NCBI GenBank assembly: GCA_965235115.1
Contig: OZ249445.1
Coordinates: forward strand, 11,780,001 to 11,844,000
DNA length: 64,000 nt
From: Laetmonice hystrix
Lineage: Eukaryota
Direction: 5' to 3'
Shown: positions 24,601-39,600 of the stretch, piece by piece
Layout of the letters: each line of letters starts with the position of its first letter
Numbering within the stretch: the first letter of the stretch is position 1
Notes under the pieces: generated by a model
What the model saw: the letters and a program-made list of their open reading frames with translations, nothing else
The model's database searches: none
What the model was told of the DNA's origin: nothing
Translations under genes and position numbers: made by a program

Positions 24601-27600
24601 CGAACCTAATTTGACACGCATTTTCTGTGCTCTTTCCGCTGGAGTAAATGTCGATAACGACTCAATCATGGCCTGGCCTCTAGGCCGAGATTGGCGTGGT
24701 TGTGGAGGTCAAAACGCGATTGTGCCCACTAGGACGTTGTGGCCGGCCTGGTTGGTGGGACTTGGCCATTAAAATTCGGCCGGTGTCCCGGACAAGAAGG
24801 ATAGAATGTGCCGACACGACCTGTCTTCCGCCTGGTCGCACTCTGTCGGCCTCCCTTAATGCCCCAGCCGACCGATAGCAGCCATATGCATCTGACACGA
24901 GCGCCAAACGAGATCTCCACCGATCTGCCCTTCAGTTGAGCTATCTCCAGCCTACATCGCACCCAGAGGGTCGTTCGTCCCCCTCCCATTTTAAGGGTTT
25001 GGGTATTAGCAAAACAAGGCACGTTACAGTGTACGGAAGTCCGGTGTGACGACCGTCGGTGGTGAGGAGTCCCGACTGCGGGTGTCTCGTCCCCGGCCAG
25101 CCGGCCCCGCCTGCCGCTCCGCGCCTCACAGCTAGGCTGACCGGCCCGGGAACAGTCGGCGCCGGGCGAGCCATACTTTATCTATCACTCAGGTCATCCA
25201 CCCGGCAGACCTTCCACGTTCATATACACATCACAAATTAGGTGAAACAATCTTTCTGTTTGAGTTTGCTGGGGGCCAGGAAGTGTAGTTGTTGGCGTCA
25301 ATTTAGCCACCGCCTACACCTCCTAATGCCAAACGAAAGCTCATATTGACGATCGCAGGTAGGGGAATGGCAACTTTACTCAGTTTCCTGTCAATCGTCC
25401 TTAAATCGCGCTAATTTGGTTCAGGGTGGGGTGACAAAGTAGTGTCGTTGCCATGTGAACCATAGGAGCGATATTATGTTGAATGGTGACGACCCCCTAC
25501 TCCCCTTTTCTGGTCGTACCTGGCCCCACCGCCGTGACCCTGACCGGGGCCGGCAGAGTGTGTAGACGACACAAATCAGCGACGTAACCCTGGCTTGAAT
25601 AGAATAAGTCAAGCGAAAGTTTACCCGCATTGTCGTCTGCTCCTGGGGTGCGCTTTCCCCCTTCTATCATCGCCAATTATTATCGTAAACAAAGACTTTG
25701 ATGTGGACGTACGATGGACCCGGGGCCCTCGTGATGTAATTGCGGCGTTTTTCATCAGGACACTATTTCTGCCAATAATCAGGAACAATTTCAGAAAATT
25801 AACAAAAACAGAGCACACGGCCATGGCTCGGGCGGGAGCAGTTTGGCGCCCTTGTTGTTTGAAGGGACGGTTCGAGCAGACGACCCACGTCGACTTGAGC
25901 GAGGTGGCCACTGTCTCCATTGATGCCCGAAGGGAATAATACCGGGGCATTGTGGCTATCGACAAGTTAATTCTCCGTCATTTGCAGATTATAGAACGGA
26001 CTTTCCACAACCCAAAATGGTCGGAGAATGGGCAGCCCGGTTGACCATTGTGTACTGGCAAACCTACTCTATACCCTAGAGGAAGCTTACGTACAGACAG
26101 CCGCTTGCCACCATTACCTCTCCCACCGCCATTTGCGGCGACTTTACGATTGGCCTTTCAAGGGTGGCCTCACGGGATTCGTTCCGTTAGCGAGTGATTA
26201 TCTGTTTCGTATTTTCTGTTTACTTGTGTAGCCTCCCCATGCAGTTGTTATGCATCTCATGACACGATGCCGACCAAATGGCTGGGAGAAGTTTCAGCGT
26301 TCGTCGTTCTGAATCTAGAGCATCATAGTAGAACGATTAGATGGAATCAATTCCAAACGTCATATCCCGACGTCACTTAAATTTCGTTCCGAGTAATCCG
26401 TTAAGTGTGCCAAGCTACCATAAAACCAGCCCGAATCCCATGTTGGAACATAATTTCCAATTAACTCACATTTAATGCACTTCTCTAACGGTTGTTAATC
26501 GTGTGGAATTGTCTTGGATGTTAATCAGGCTAGCTAGTGGTGTTTGTTGTGCGGCCTGGCAGCGTGCTACTAGGCCAGGATTAAGACCGTTGGATTGGGA
26601 TCCGAGACGAATTCAATCTAAGAGAAGGCCTCACGACCTCCCACACGAGATTATTTGATCAGATTTCTATTAGCACTACCTGCAGTTGATAGATTTACTG
26701 ATGCGATGCCTTAAGCCTTCGCACCGCACGGCCGGGGTCTACCATTGTTGTCAGTAATGATGCCCTAAATTTTCATTCGGGGTGACTCCTTGGATGGTCA
26801 AGATCACGCCCATTGTGAACAGATCGACCGACCCGGCGGGCCTAGCTGGCACCCGGCGTGAACCGCCTCCCTCCTCATCCCGTCAGGGGAAACGAAATTT
26901 GAAAGAATCAAGTCGCGTTTTGGACACTGGTTGTTCTTGTCCTTGTTGGGCGTGCACCCGGTAGGAGAGGTGAACATTTGACCCGGCCGGTTTGTTGTTT
27001 GTGAGGCCCGGCGTGGGGGCGGGCGGCCCACTACCCCAGGCTAGTCGGCTGACCGCTAGAGGCCACCCAACGAGACGAGGATCGAAGGAACCAAGTTGGC
27101 AAGGCCGACCCTCGCTCAATACTGGCACTGATGTGCATGTACTTCATGACCCCAGCCGCACAACCCATCAAATTGGAGCATGGTGTCTGACTAGCGGGGA
27201 ATATGTAGGCCCTCCATGGCGCCAGCCGAGTTTGTTATATACGTTTACCCAACTGGTGCCAACCCATTCCGCCATACCTTCACTAAATGCCCAAACAACT
27301 ATAGAACATATTATGGCTTCCGAAATGTGTGTATTATATATACACACGCCGGTCACTACAGTAGGCTCTATACACATAAATATGGCCATCAAATCGTGCA
27401 GTCGTTCATGTTTCACATTTGTAGAACGATATCATCCCAGAACTGATATAGAAAAAGGCCCTCCAAAATAAAACGTATTCTATATAGCTATAGTAACAAC
27501 TTTTTTCAGCTTCTTCATACTATATAGTGCACGAAAATTAAAACGTGTTAATTCTACCTCTACCCCCGCCTACTACTGAGGAGATATATTTCCTGCCATT

Positions 27601-30600
27601 GTGGAGAGATTCCATTAACACTGGCCTACAGTTCATCACGCGAATTGTTTCCTCGTATCTATACCCCAGATCGATCAGGCATGTATAGCGTAAGCGTGGG
27701 ACAAAGACAACAATTGAGCGTGGAATCTATATGATATAAACAATGTACATTCAGAGTAAGACACACCCCAAGACGAGCTATAGACTACATGTGTATCCGA
27801 CCTTTACAACATGGGGAGGAGACCCCTACCATCCGTAAAGACCATCGGGGTCGATGAAGGCGTGTTATTCCTTTTGCCCATATTTTCTAAAGATCAAATG
27901 AGCCGAGAAAGCGTCAGGTGCGTGTTGCCTGACTACAACCTCTATATCGGCTGCCAGATGGACCCCATCCTCCCTCAAGATGATGCCTTCCACAGTATTA
28001 GAAGAATTCTCTTATTCAAAGACATAAAGAAAGGAAATGATATTTTGACATCTCTTATGTTGTATGCAGGCGCGGTTTTAAACATGAAACGGTGTTTGGT
28101 GTTGTTGGCAGTTCTTATCCCTAGTCCCAATATCACTGACTGCCAAATGTGCCCCGCTCTTAAGAAAGAGCTCTTTCTTTATTCATGTGTGTCTTTAAGC
28201 CCATAGGATATCTTCAATACATGAATGTAAATTATTCCAGCTTCGTAAGCTCTTCACAAGGATCAAAGAATCTACACTGTATAATAACGCATATCTGCTT
28301 TTATACACCTTCTGGGCTGAAAGGTAGAGTTACTTTGCGACTTCTGGTGCTCACTAGCTCGGCTGTGCCACATCGAATTGACTGACGAAACTTGCATTCT
28401 TCTTGCAGGTCTCATCGATCAATCGGGTGTTGCGCAACCTAGCCAGTGAGAATCAGAAGTCACAGCTCAACCAGACGTCTATGTACGACAAGCTAGGGCT
28501 GTTGAACGGGCAGGCATGGCCCCGACCCAACCCGTGGTACACGCCTAACGCGGGCATGCCAGGCCTCGGCGTACCACAGTCCGGCTACGCCCCGCCTCCG
28601 ACCACCTCTCCCGTCAACCACCACCCGCCAACCGAGCACAAGAAGGGCAGGCACGGTGAGCGCAAACGTACATTCCCATATACTACTTACGGCTAGTCTA
28701 GACGGTAGTGTTTGCGCGCAATCGGAACCATACAGAGCTACGCATTCAGTCGCTTGATTCCGAGTGCTCCCAAACTTTAGTCTTCTATAAAACTCAATTG
28801 TTTCTTCCATCAAGTCGGAGGTTCTCCAGAGAACACTTTTGGCAAAGAAAAATTGATTTGAAAAAATGAAAACGATTTGGCTTACATTCTGATATGCCGT
28901 CCATGTCTCGATATTGAGGTTTGAATTGCGGGAGTAACCTTTCGAATACTTTGGCATCAAAGAGAGCTAGCCAATGTCAACCCTGTCTTAGGAAGTCGAG
29001 ATCCGAGCTCTTTGATAACAAAGTGTCAATTTTCATCCCGGCTTCTGCCTCGGTTAAGATGACATGGAACAGGCTATATGACCAGAGCTTTTACTTATAA
29101 TTATATGTTGACATATATTCTATATTTTAAAGAAGAACGATTTGAATTGTATGATACTGTCTGTATGCTTACACTCATTTGTTCAAAAACTAATATATCA
29201 TTACGTCATGTAATCCGACTTAAACTGATGGAACCAATATCTGTATGACCCTCAACACATACAATGTCTTTTACCTATTTTTTGTCGCATGCGATTTTTC
29301 ATTAGATAAAGCTACCTTGAAGATGCTCCGATTATTCTGTTGACTTTTAGGTTTACACATAATTGAACGGTTTTTTTATTGTTGCAAAGTTTTGTTTTTA
29401 AAATCCGCCAAAATAATGTTTGGTTTTGTTGGCGAACAAAGACAGCTTCTCTTGAACTAAGGCGTTCCTCACACTCTACATACACTTTTGTTGTACCACC
29501 GAATCATCTGACCAGAATGACCTGGGCTGGCGACACACACATTGTCAGTGCTATAGGTCCCCAAGATGTCGTCCACTCTACCGAATTCAGCCACGTTTCA
29601 TTAAATTCTGTCTGGACATGGTGTAATAAAGCCAGTTGATTTCCTAACCTCACCGCTTTGAGAGAGCTGTGACGGGGCCGTTCGGCCATAGAGCCCGACC
29701 TTCCCCTGGTTTCCACCCTCCAGGCTCACCCGCCCCTCCCTCAATGCTCACCCAGCGGAAAACCTGCACTCTTGCCCTATTTAGACCGACAACGCCAACC
29801 TATGCCTTAGCAAAGAAACCAGTCAAGCAAAAGTTATCGAACTATAGCGAGGGCTCAATGGAACCGACCATCAAGAGGCTTGCCAATGGTGCGTCCAGCG
29901 AGGAGATTAGGTTTCTAGGCGTCTTCCTCATTCACTAACCCAGTGGCACAGACTGTGCTCGCTGCCTGTCGACCCCAACTAAATGATGTTAGGACGCAGG
30001 TAAACATGGGCCTTTGTTGATGATAGTACACCCGGATTTATTTTAAACTCTAGCTATTGTAACAAGGAGCCCTACAATGTGGGGTAATCTGTGTCACATC
30101 GTATTTTAGAGCTGCCCATGTTGGTTTCTCACGGCCTTCGTCAACAGTCTCATGAACAAAGCCTAACGCAGTGTCCGTACTACTATCGATGTAATAATAC
30201 CGTCCAGTTTATATCGATATGCTCTCCACAATACCCGCACCGACTGATCACCAACACGTGACCGACATACTCCGTACGTAGAAATGTCAAGGGACGACCT
30301 ACTCTGGCGGCAGACCCAACACGAGCAAGTATACACAGACAGTGATCTCAGGACCTGTAACCGTCCAGCCTTCAAAACCAATCAGCCCATAGGATGTCTA
30401 CGCTCCGTCATTAGATTCATTAGACTAAGAGACAAAACACGTGCGATGGCACTCCCTCACACAATGCCCGCCATGTTTGACACGTGTCCGCCGGGGCCTC
30501 GCCAACTCACGCGCGCTCACGCACTCACGTGACGAGCCCATGTTGCGTGCGCAGTTGCCTTTTATTTATTGCATGTCCGGTTTGATTGTCCGAGAGGAGC

Positions 30601-33600
30601 TGGTTAATGCAGGCGGTTGTTGTACTGGGGTGGTGGGGGATTGTGGTGAGGACAATACCGAGGTGTTGTTCCCAAACTGAGGTGCTTTAATACCCCAGCA
30701 GGGTGCACCCATCATCTCCATGATGGGTGCACAATGGCACAAACAACTAATTGCATGCACCTTGACCGGGCTTCACAATCTGAAGATGGCCTTCCTTTCC
30801 GGGCAGTCTGTCGCAAACTCACTACCACTGAACCAAAGACAGATGTTTGTTTAAAACAACCCCCTTTTACTGCTGAAGTTTCAATACGCAACAGTTCATT
30901 CAATCAGTTTAATGGTTTATCGTGTCAATTACTCGATGGCAAATAGCTTTTCCAATGAAAAAGGTATACATATATGTATATGTGATGTTACCATAAAAAT
31001 TACACCTTTAATACGGTCTTTGTCTCCCAGAGACACCGTAAACAAAGGTTCTATCGATGTTAGCCTTTTCCACATACCACAGCCAGGAAAGCCATAATAC
31101 ATGGCGAGGGCAGATCAGTGACTTCATTCTAAGTCAGTTGTGATATTTTCAGAGTTGTATCGCCGCGGAGACGCCTTGGCTTCTGTCACACAATCCCCAA
31201 GACAGCTTTTGTTTAATACGAGCCACAGCGCGGCGGTAATTCCATCACGCCACTCTTTCCGTTTCACTAACATAATTACAAGAACGACGATTGTGATTGC
31301 GCAGAAATTGTCATTGGCAGGGCAGCTGAATCTCAAGCTTAATATATGCTTTCAACACAACGATTTGAGCCCTTAAAATCGTAAATGTTCTTCCAGTCCT
31401 CCGAACAGCTTTGGCATTCCACTAAAGTCTCACCCTGGGATTCTGCAATGCCACTTATTCGAAATCGAATGTCCATGCAAATAAAGAAAAAACACGCTTA
31501 GAAACGAGACTACTTTAATGACCATTTAATTCAATGCGCGCCACATTCACAGACGGCATATGAACAATGCGACACTCAAGAACGTAGGACTCCTCAAGCC
31601 CTTAATTTGTTTATAACTTTTTTAACGTGTAAATTTGATGGGAGTGTCCATTTCAGAGATGACAACGGCCTAGGCGGAAGTGAAGCTGTACAAACTAGCG
31701 CGATTGTCATTTCCTATTAGGACGTCGTCCCTGATCTGAGCGTCACCTTAGGCGATCACTGCCATTATCGCCCACATCATCAGACCGGGCCTGCCCGCGC
31801 TCCCCATGCCGGCCCGTCATTGTGTGTCATAAATTTGATAATTCTCGCGAAATTCTCCCTCCTTGTGTCTAGTCCAAGTAAACCATTGGATTGGCGTCAA
31901 TCTGCTGACGGACCTTTCAGTAATTATGTCTCCATTTTGCACCCCATCTGTCCCCCAGACCCCGTACCCGGCAGGGGGTTGCCAGGTCTCGTCAATACAC
32001 CAATTATCGCCCTGAGCGCAGGCCACTTCATACAACTTGAACAACAAAGTTTATCAGAACTGCCGTCTTGGTCATAACTTCACGAGGTTGAGTATATGAC
32101 GCCTTTGCCTGGTGCCTGTGCCCGACTATTGCCACTCATATGAAAGCCGGTTCACGACCTATTCATCATGGCGACAATCAGATATTTTTGTTATAGAATT
32201 CGATGACTCCTGGTAAGACACGACAAGTACTCTTTCATTGTAAAAAGTCGTCTGCCTGTCTGGCTCGCCATTCAAGCTCATGCCTTAATCCTCCTGTAAG
32301 TAAATATGTACTTAAACATGGCCGACCCAATACGCCGGTATTAAGCGTGCTTTCCCACCGAAGCCGTGCGCGCAGACAGCGAACTCAATGACGTCCTTTC
32401 TTCGCCAACGTAAATATGTTTTACTCTCATTCAATGCATAATTGTTATTCGTGGGAAACTAAATCGAATCGCACCCGAGAAGAAACGCCATGGTAAGACG
32501 TTGCCCCCCCCCCCCCCCTCCTCACTGTTAACATAGCTGTGAAAGGGTCATGCGCTTTTGAATTTATACAAAAAGAAAGTCGAGGTCCGCATAGAGTAGG
32601 ACTACAGTCTTGACACCTTAGGGTTGGCCGAGAGCTTCAGGCGTTAAACGAATTAAGTTCAGCTTCTGCTTGATACTCGAACGCATTAAAATATATCATC
32701 AAACAACGCTACAACCTTCTAACCTTATCGGGCAACGTATATAACACGAAATCAAGCATTTCAATGAAAATGTCAGCTGTTACAGATATTAACATTTCAA
32801 CATTTGTCCACAGTAACACGACCGGCACGCCGTAATACCAAACCATGACATTTAGCAGTCCATTATTGTACACAGCCCACGCCAGTATAGAAGCTCACGC
32901 AGGGCCAGAACATTACAATCTCACTATTATAGACTCAAGTTGAACCTGACAGCAGTGTGGTCTCCGTACAATTTACCACGGCCAGAAACCGTGTTCACGG
33001 GTTACCCACTTAATGCATATTTGAATGTCGACAGGCATTACCAATCAGACCATCTGGCCCCCGCAGCCATGGATAACTTGTAATTCCCGCTAAGTCCCAT
33101 TTGTTTGCAATTCCTGACACTCTGAATGGAATCGTATGGAATATGCGCCACGCTGGCCACGCTGGTCACTGACACGGGAATGATGTAGTTCGAAATACTG
33201 TATACATAAGACATTTATGTAAAGAAAAATCAGATAGAAGATCCCCAGTTCCGCCTGCAACTAAAATACTAACAAAAAAGTGTTCACTGACTCCTGACGC
33301 CAGAGCCAGATGCATTTCACTTTTTCTGACTGATAACACCGTACCCGGGCGATCACTTGGCAACAGCCATCACTTCTACTGCGCAGCACTGGAAAATACC
33401 GGAACCCTGCCACAAACATGTCTTTCTAACATTCCATGTCTTTCTAACATTCCCTCGCGTCAAGTATCTGTAAGTCAGGTACTACTACTGTCCTTGTCCA
33501 AAGTTCTTACAATATTAGCAGTCACTACGTGAAACATGATAAATGTTGACATTAGGATATGACCATCTACCACTATATGGGAAAAAGTCAATTATTGATG

Positions 33601-36600
33601 AACACCTCCAAGTACCCGGATGTACATGGTACAGTTCATGATAATGAGATAATGCAGTGGTCCCATAAGCTCGATAGCGAGGGCTGTCCCAATAAACTGC
33701 TTCCATTGTCCCAGTGAAAATGTCGCCTGCTATTTGTGAATCGGCCAATCCTTGCCCGAGGGCTTCCCCTCAACCGGGACACGTCGACGATCGGCTTGGT
33801 ACTTGTTGACTTCCTTTCAGAACCCTTTGTAATTAATTGGAACTTGTTTTCTACATCAATTGGGTGCGGGAAAATAATAGCCAGATATCAGCGTTCTCTG
33901 CTTGCCGCCTCTCAAATAACTAAAGCGATGCAACGCCGGCCCTGGGACAATGGAAAGGGGCTGGCAAGATTTTTTCAAGTATCTCTATGCTCCTGCTATT
34001 ACTCATCGCCAGCCTTATAATTAAGACTCAGATAGGGGTACGAACGCACCTAGGTGTCGGGCCATTGTGGACGTGATCTTTGCCTCTTTTGACTGGCTGC
34101 AAATAGAGTTGGCGCCTCTGTTTATAATGAAGGCCAAGGGCCATTATTAGCTTCCCGCTCTGGGGTCAATAACGTATCACGCTCCTGTTACGTTAACGAC
34201 TTGTTTACCTTCATACATGTATACCCAGAAGCCATATACGGCATGTCATGGTGAGCTTATTGTCTGACAGTCCTGAGGTAATCTTGAACTTGCATAGGAT
34301 GCAGAGGTTTTCTAATTGCCCATGCCAAACTACTCATTAAAGTCTTTTTTCCTTGCATATATGCCTTCAATAAGATGGTTGTAGGAACTTCGTTGAAACA
34401 AGTTTGTACAACCCAACACGACTGCTATATGTATGAGCTCTTCTGCCCCTTTCCTCAACACTATACACAAAAAAACCTCACGAACGAAACCATGTGATAC
34501 CATGTGATAAACATATACCAAGGTCCTCACAAATACATTTAATATTTCAAATTGCAGTCTTATTAAATGAACCAAAGTAGCTCATTGCAATCTGTGGTTC
34601 ACATTAAGACAAGCTGGAGTTCCATACCCAAGAATCTCACCGCCACTGCAGAGTTGCCGACTCCTATACCCTTGAATTTGCAAACGAGCAGTTGCGGGCA
34701 TTATCGCGAGTTGTATGAGCACTCGGCATTGTCATTAGCTTAAGGGTTTGTCGTGTACGTACATGAGAAGGAAACAAATTTGGCGCCTCTTGAGCGCATG
34801 TCCTGGGGTGTAAACCAATTAGAGGCCAATGCCTGGAGCCCGCCGAAATAACAAGGCCAATTGATCCACGCTTATCGGGGCCCTGCGAGCGTGGAGCGCC
34901 CACCTCCACTTCGGATGTACCTCGGGAGCCATGGGTGATTCCTCGACACGGCCTCCCGGAGGGTCCTTGTCAGCCTCCCATCTCCGAGTTTAGCCGAACA
35001 AACGGAGCGTCTCGTGATGCCACGAGAGCACGCTTTCACTGAGCAGACGACATATGTTTATTGGCCTCGTAGTCGTATTCGCTGGCACGCCCGTCCGTTC
35101 CAATGCCCTAACCCAGTTAGCGCAAATGAACGCGTGCTTCAAAGCTGCAGCGACTAATTTGCACGCAGATTTCTAATTATGGCCTCTGATTAGATTTTGG
35201 CCGATCCGTCTATTTGCGAGGTTTGCCATATAAAAGTGTAATAAGGCTTGAAATGGTTTAGCGCGTCTGCCCCCTTGGCCAAGTCGAACAGGTCGCGGCT
35301 GCAACAGCGAATGACTGCACTTAGACCTGCCAGGCTCCGTGCGGCCGACAATCGTACGGGAAAATTGTGGCCTCTCGACGAGCTCACGCTGTAGCCCGAC
35401 CTACTCGGTGAGCATAATACCGCGGAAATGAGAACGATAATCGGGTTTAGCCGGCTCGTCTGGTGCTCGTGCCTATGAAACGTGCACTATGGCGACGTGA
35501 CGTGCTGACTAGCTGGCAGGAGAACCTCTCTAACGAGCGCAGCTCCCTCGACACGAGTGCCACTTGATCCGCCACAAACAGTGACGCGACACCTGAAGTG
35601 GGCGCACAAGCCTCACATTTCCGCGCCCTCTTTCGGCACTGCTGTGACAATGTAACCTGGCCTTCTTCAACCAATCACGCTTCACTGATACACAGATTTT
35701 TTTTATATTAATCAGGATCATCCTAGGCATGGAAGTCAAGAGTGTTGGCGAACGCCAACCCCATTAGGGAAAGTCACTTCTCTGTGGGAGAGCGAGGCCT
35801 TTTGCAGGAGCTCCTGCTGGGTACCTCTTCTGAAGTAGCAGGACCTACCTCAGTTAGCCTGCAAGACTCTTCTTGACCGAACTGTGAAAACGCAACCAAG
35901 TCTCATTTTCATATTTCGTATGAGACCTGGTCAGATTTTGGTTGGGTGTACCAAAAATCGCTAAAATATACATTGTATATCTGGTCAAGCTGGCATCTGC
36001 ATCCAAAGGTCTCACCTTTTCAACTGAATGGGAAAGTGCATGCTTTAACGTCCGCGCCCTCTTGCCCAGGCACCGCCCAGGGCGGTCCGTGTGATGGCAT
36101 AAGCGAATGGGATCAGGATCCGCCTCTGTAAGGGCCTAAGTGCTATCCATAGTAGTTGGCCCTGTTGGTCTGGATTAGCACTTGAGGATATTGGGCCCCG
36201 CGTTGTGATCTACAATCCCCAGTACCAGGACCTTGTTGAGACTCAAAGCTCCGTGTGAAAGACCCTGTGAGCTCCGGGGTGCTATTAAAAACACGCCGCG
36301 AAGACCGATACAACAACCTGGCAATATTATCGCAGAGGAATTTCTCGTTTTATAAATCCCACTTGGAATCCTCCCCCTTTTATTTGACCTGGCCACAGTG
36401 TAAGAGAGGGAGCGCAACCTTAACCACCCCTAAAGACAGGGCGCCTTCCGCTTTTTGTTCTCCTAGTTTGTTTTGTCTGGTGGGAACAAGGGATGTCAAA
36501 CTAGAATCCCCCCTCGCTCCGCTCCTCGTGTTCTGCCTGGGGCTAGACCCAAAATTAGTCGCCTAGTTTCTCTTAAAAGCCTCTGTCACCCTTGAAAAGG

Positions 36601-39600
36601 CGTGGAAACTTTAGACGCCGATTGACTTTGCGACCAATTGAAAGTGGGTGGCAGGACCCTGAGTAAAACTGGCCCGACGTCTCCGGCCTCTTATAATGGA
36701 GGAGGATCACCTTCTACAATGTAATATTACCCACGGTTTACTTGGCGAGACTGAGAAGGGATTCCATACAGTCGTTGGAAATTGGAAACCTATCCAGCAA
36801 TATGAACCCTCTAGGTTGTAAGGTTAAACACAAGAAGTGTGTCTCGGAGGCAATCAATGTATCAACTTCATTTCCTTCCTCCTTGATCACAACAGCAAAC
36901 AGGGGGTTATCATATTAAATATTTCAGATCGACTTTCAAAAATGCAAAAAAATCTTTTGGTATGGCATAGAAAATTGTTTAAAAATGATTTAACCTTATT
37001 TATCTTCACTTCATTCTTTTGTTTCTCATTGTATTTTCTCTCCTACACCGCTCCATCATCACCATATCCTCGGCCTGGTACATACAGGCCCATATATGGG
37101 CAATATATCATTATCCGATCAAGTCACGTTCTTGTGCTCCATGATAATGTGGGAGACTGCTGGTACAGACTCTGTCAGCCTCATGATGACATCTTCTTCC
37201 AACCACTCGCCGTCATTACACGAGTATTAAGGTTACACATTTCTCGGCTCACTTCTCGCCAGAGTGTCTAGAACACGTACGTGCCGACGATAGCGCCAGC
37301 GCCGGCGAGAGAAGTGACAATCGAAGAATGGCGCGCGTCTGATTTATCCACACCACACTCTGTCATAAAGCCTTATCGCGCCACCCACGAATGGAGCCGT
37401 ACCATTGAGCCGGGCACATTCTGACAGCTTATAAGGGTTATGCCGAGACGTGGTGTCACTTGAAAGCCATATTCCCCGCTGTCTTTTACACTTTAAAGCA
37501 CCAGATTGGATCATATTTTGTGGAGCTTTCATGTGTCTAAGTGCCATATTGGATGGTGGCATGCACACCCGTGTCGGTTTGATGGGACGTAGGTCTCCCG
37601 GTGTCACACCTATAGGATCCCTTTGACAGTTTTACCTCCGCCGGCTCTCTTTTCATTGCCCTTTTGGTGAGGTTAATAAAATTCACAGCGTAGGCATGTT
37701 AACTCTTACATGCAGCTACGCAGAGGTGCAAAACTATGTCACTTTCACAACTTTGAACTGGGAATAAGCAAAATCTAATCCTACTTTCAAGAGAAACGCC
37801 GTAGTAATGTTTATGCCAGAAACAAGTTCTGGAAACGTGTATACCGAGTATATTAATTATACTTCCGGTTAACATTCAATTCAATAATATATTATATAAG
37901 ATGTTTACACAAAATAATGTCCATTCATAATAATCTCGCTATGTATAAGCCTAACCTCTAAAGGAATCAAAGGTCTTCGAGCCATCCTAGTCTCAATCAT
38001 GGAGGTAATTAATTTAAAGAAGGCCTTTTTATAACACTGATTCGCGAGACATCTTCCTTTTTATTTTGTCTTTTGTTTTCAAATCTTTTTGTCTTTTGGT
38101 TAATTGCATTTGTTTGTTTCAGCAGACAGCGGCGCCAGTGGCAGCAGTAGTTCTGGTGAAAATGCCAATGCAGAGTCAGACGAACAGATGCGCATGCGTC
38201 TTAAACGAAAGTTGCAACGCAACAGGACCTCGTTTACGAACGCTCAGATCGAGGCGCTAGAGAAAGGTATGCGACTAGTTAGTGATTATCCCAACATGAC
38301 CCCTTCAGGCGACAAAAGGCCACTTCTATTCGAGATATTCCAGGACTTTGTTCTCCACAACGTGCGGAATGTCATCACATCATACTGTAATACTAAAAGA
38401 ACATTTTGACAGGATATATTCCCTGATATAATGCTGATAACTTTAAGGAAACATGGAGGAACCCCCCAAAAATTCCATACGTCCGAGCTTTGGTCTGTGT
38501 ATGCATGTTTTATAGCGTATTCTTCTTGGTTCTGCTATGGGGTTTTATCACACCTGAGGCTATATCTGAGAAACTGTGAGGGCGGGGCTTCTGCAGGACG
38601 ACCGCTCGCCTAATTGTCTCTAATTTAGTTGGACCGCCTGCAAAAGGCGACAATTTAGCGTGTCATGGCAGGGACAAATTGCCGTTCGGGCCTATAATCT
38701 GACAACTGCTCACCTCGGCCAGTCGCCGCGCGACCTAAACTCCTCATTTTCACCACGGAGGTTAGTGTGAATGGCGAGCTGAGAAAGGATGTCACTTTAG
38801 ATGCGACTGTCGGGGAGACAAATCCGTTAATAGATACGAACGCTGACAGGCTGATGGACAGGTGCGACCCGACAGACAGTCGCTCTGATACTTTGTGGCC
38901 GACCCCCAAATGTCTGCGTTTTATCGTGAAAAGCGCGCCACACCTCATGCTGCCCGCCCGACCCTATACCAGTTTTTGTAAAGACCCCGTCCCTATCAAC
39001 CATTGTGTCCTGAACAAAACACGCCTGCTGCATGTTCGAGGGAAAATATACCCAACATTCTTATGGTATAAAAAGACCAATGTGAAGGCTTTGTATAATT
39101 CCGGGTCTAGTTGACGGCATCCATTGATATAAACGTCCAATCTGGGATAGATACTATTCATAAAAACATCATACAATTGGGTAAACCCAATATGTAAATA
39201 TTTGACTTCAATTGCTATTCTTATCAATTGCCCATAAAATTGTATAGCGCCAGAGTATATGTCTATGGAAGCAATAGTTGTAAATGTACATCCCATGGTT
39301 TTCGTAACAAATTACAGGATTACACATGCAACAGTGCAGGTGATTTCTACCGAGTGGAACCCACACATGGATCCAATATTTGTAGGACAAATATCTGCCC
39401 TTATTCCTGCTCTTGACAACAATCTCGCCTGCACACATGTACATACGCCTTGCCAGTCGTCAATATCATACCAGCAGTGCCCATTGTCTTAACCCGATCA
39501 ATGTTTTGTATGATGCAGAGTTTGAAAGGACACACTACCCCGACGTTTTTGCACGAGAACGATTAGCAGAAAAGATTGGCCTTCCTGAAGCACGAATACA

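Noticed and set aside
27811-28206. 131-aa intronic ORF just upstream of the linker exon
   Set aside because: No recognisable domain and no convincing donor linking it to exon 28409. An apparent antisense 'VFTDG' RNase H-like word is too short to support.
28493-28960. 155-aa antisense ORF over the linker exon
   Set aside because: Largely the reverse complement of a GC-rich coding exon.
32485-32498. GCCATG|GTAAGA (Kozak ATG plus strong donor) as an internal start exon
   Set aside because: Phase 0 is out of frame with the phase-1 acceptor at 38123/38126, and there is no other support.
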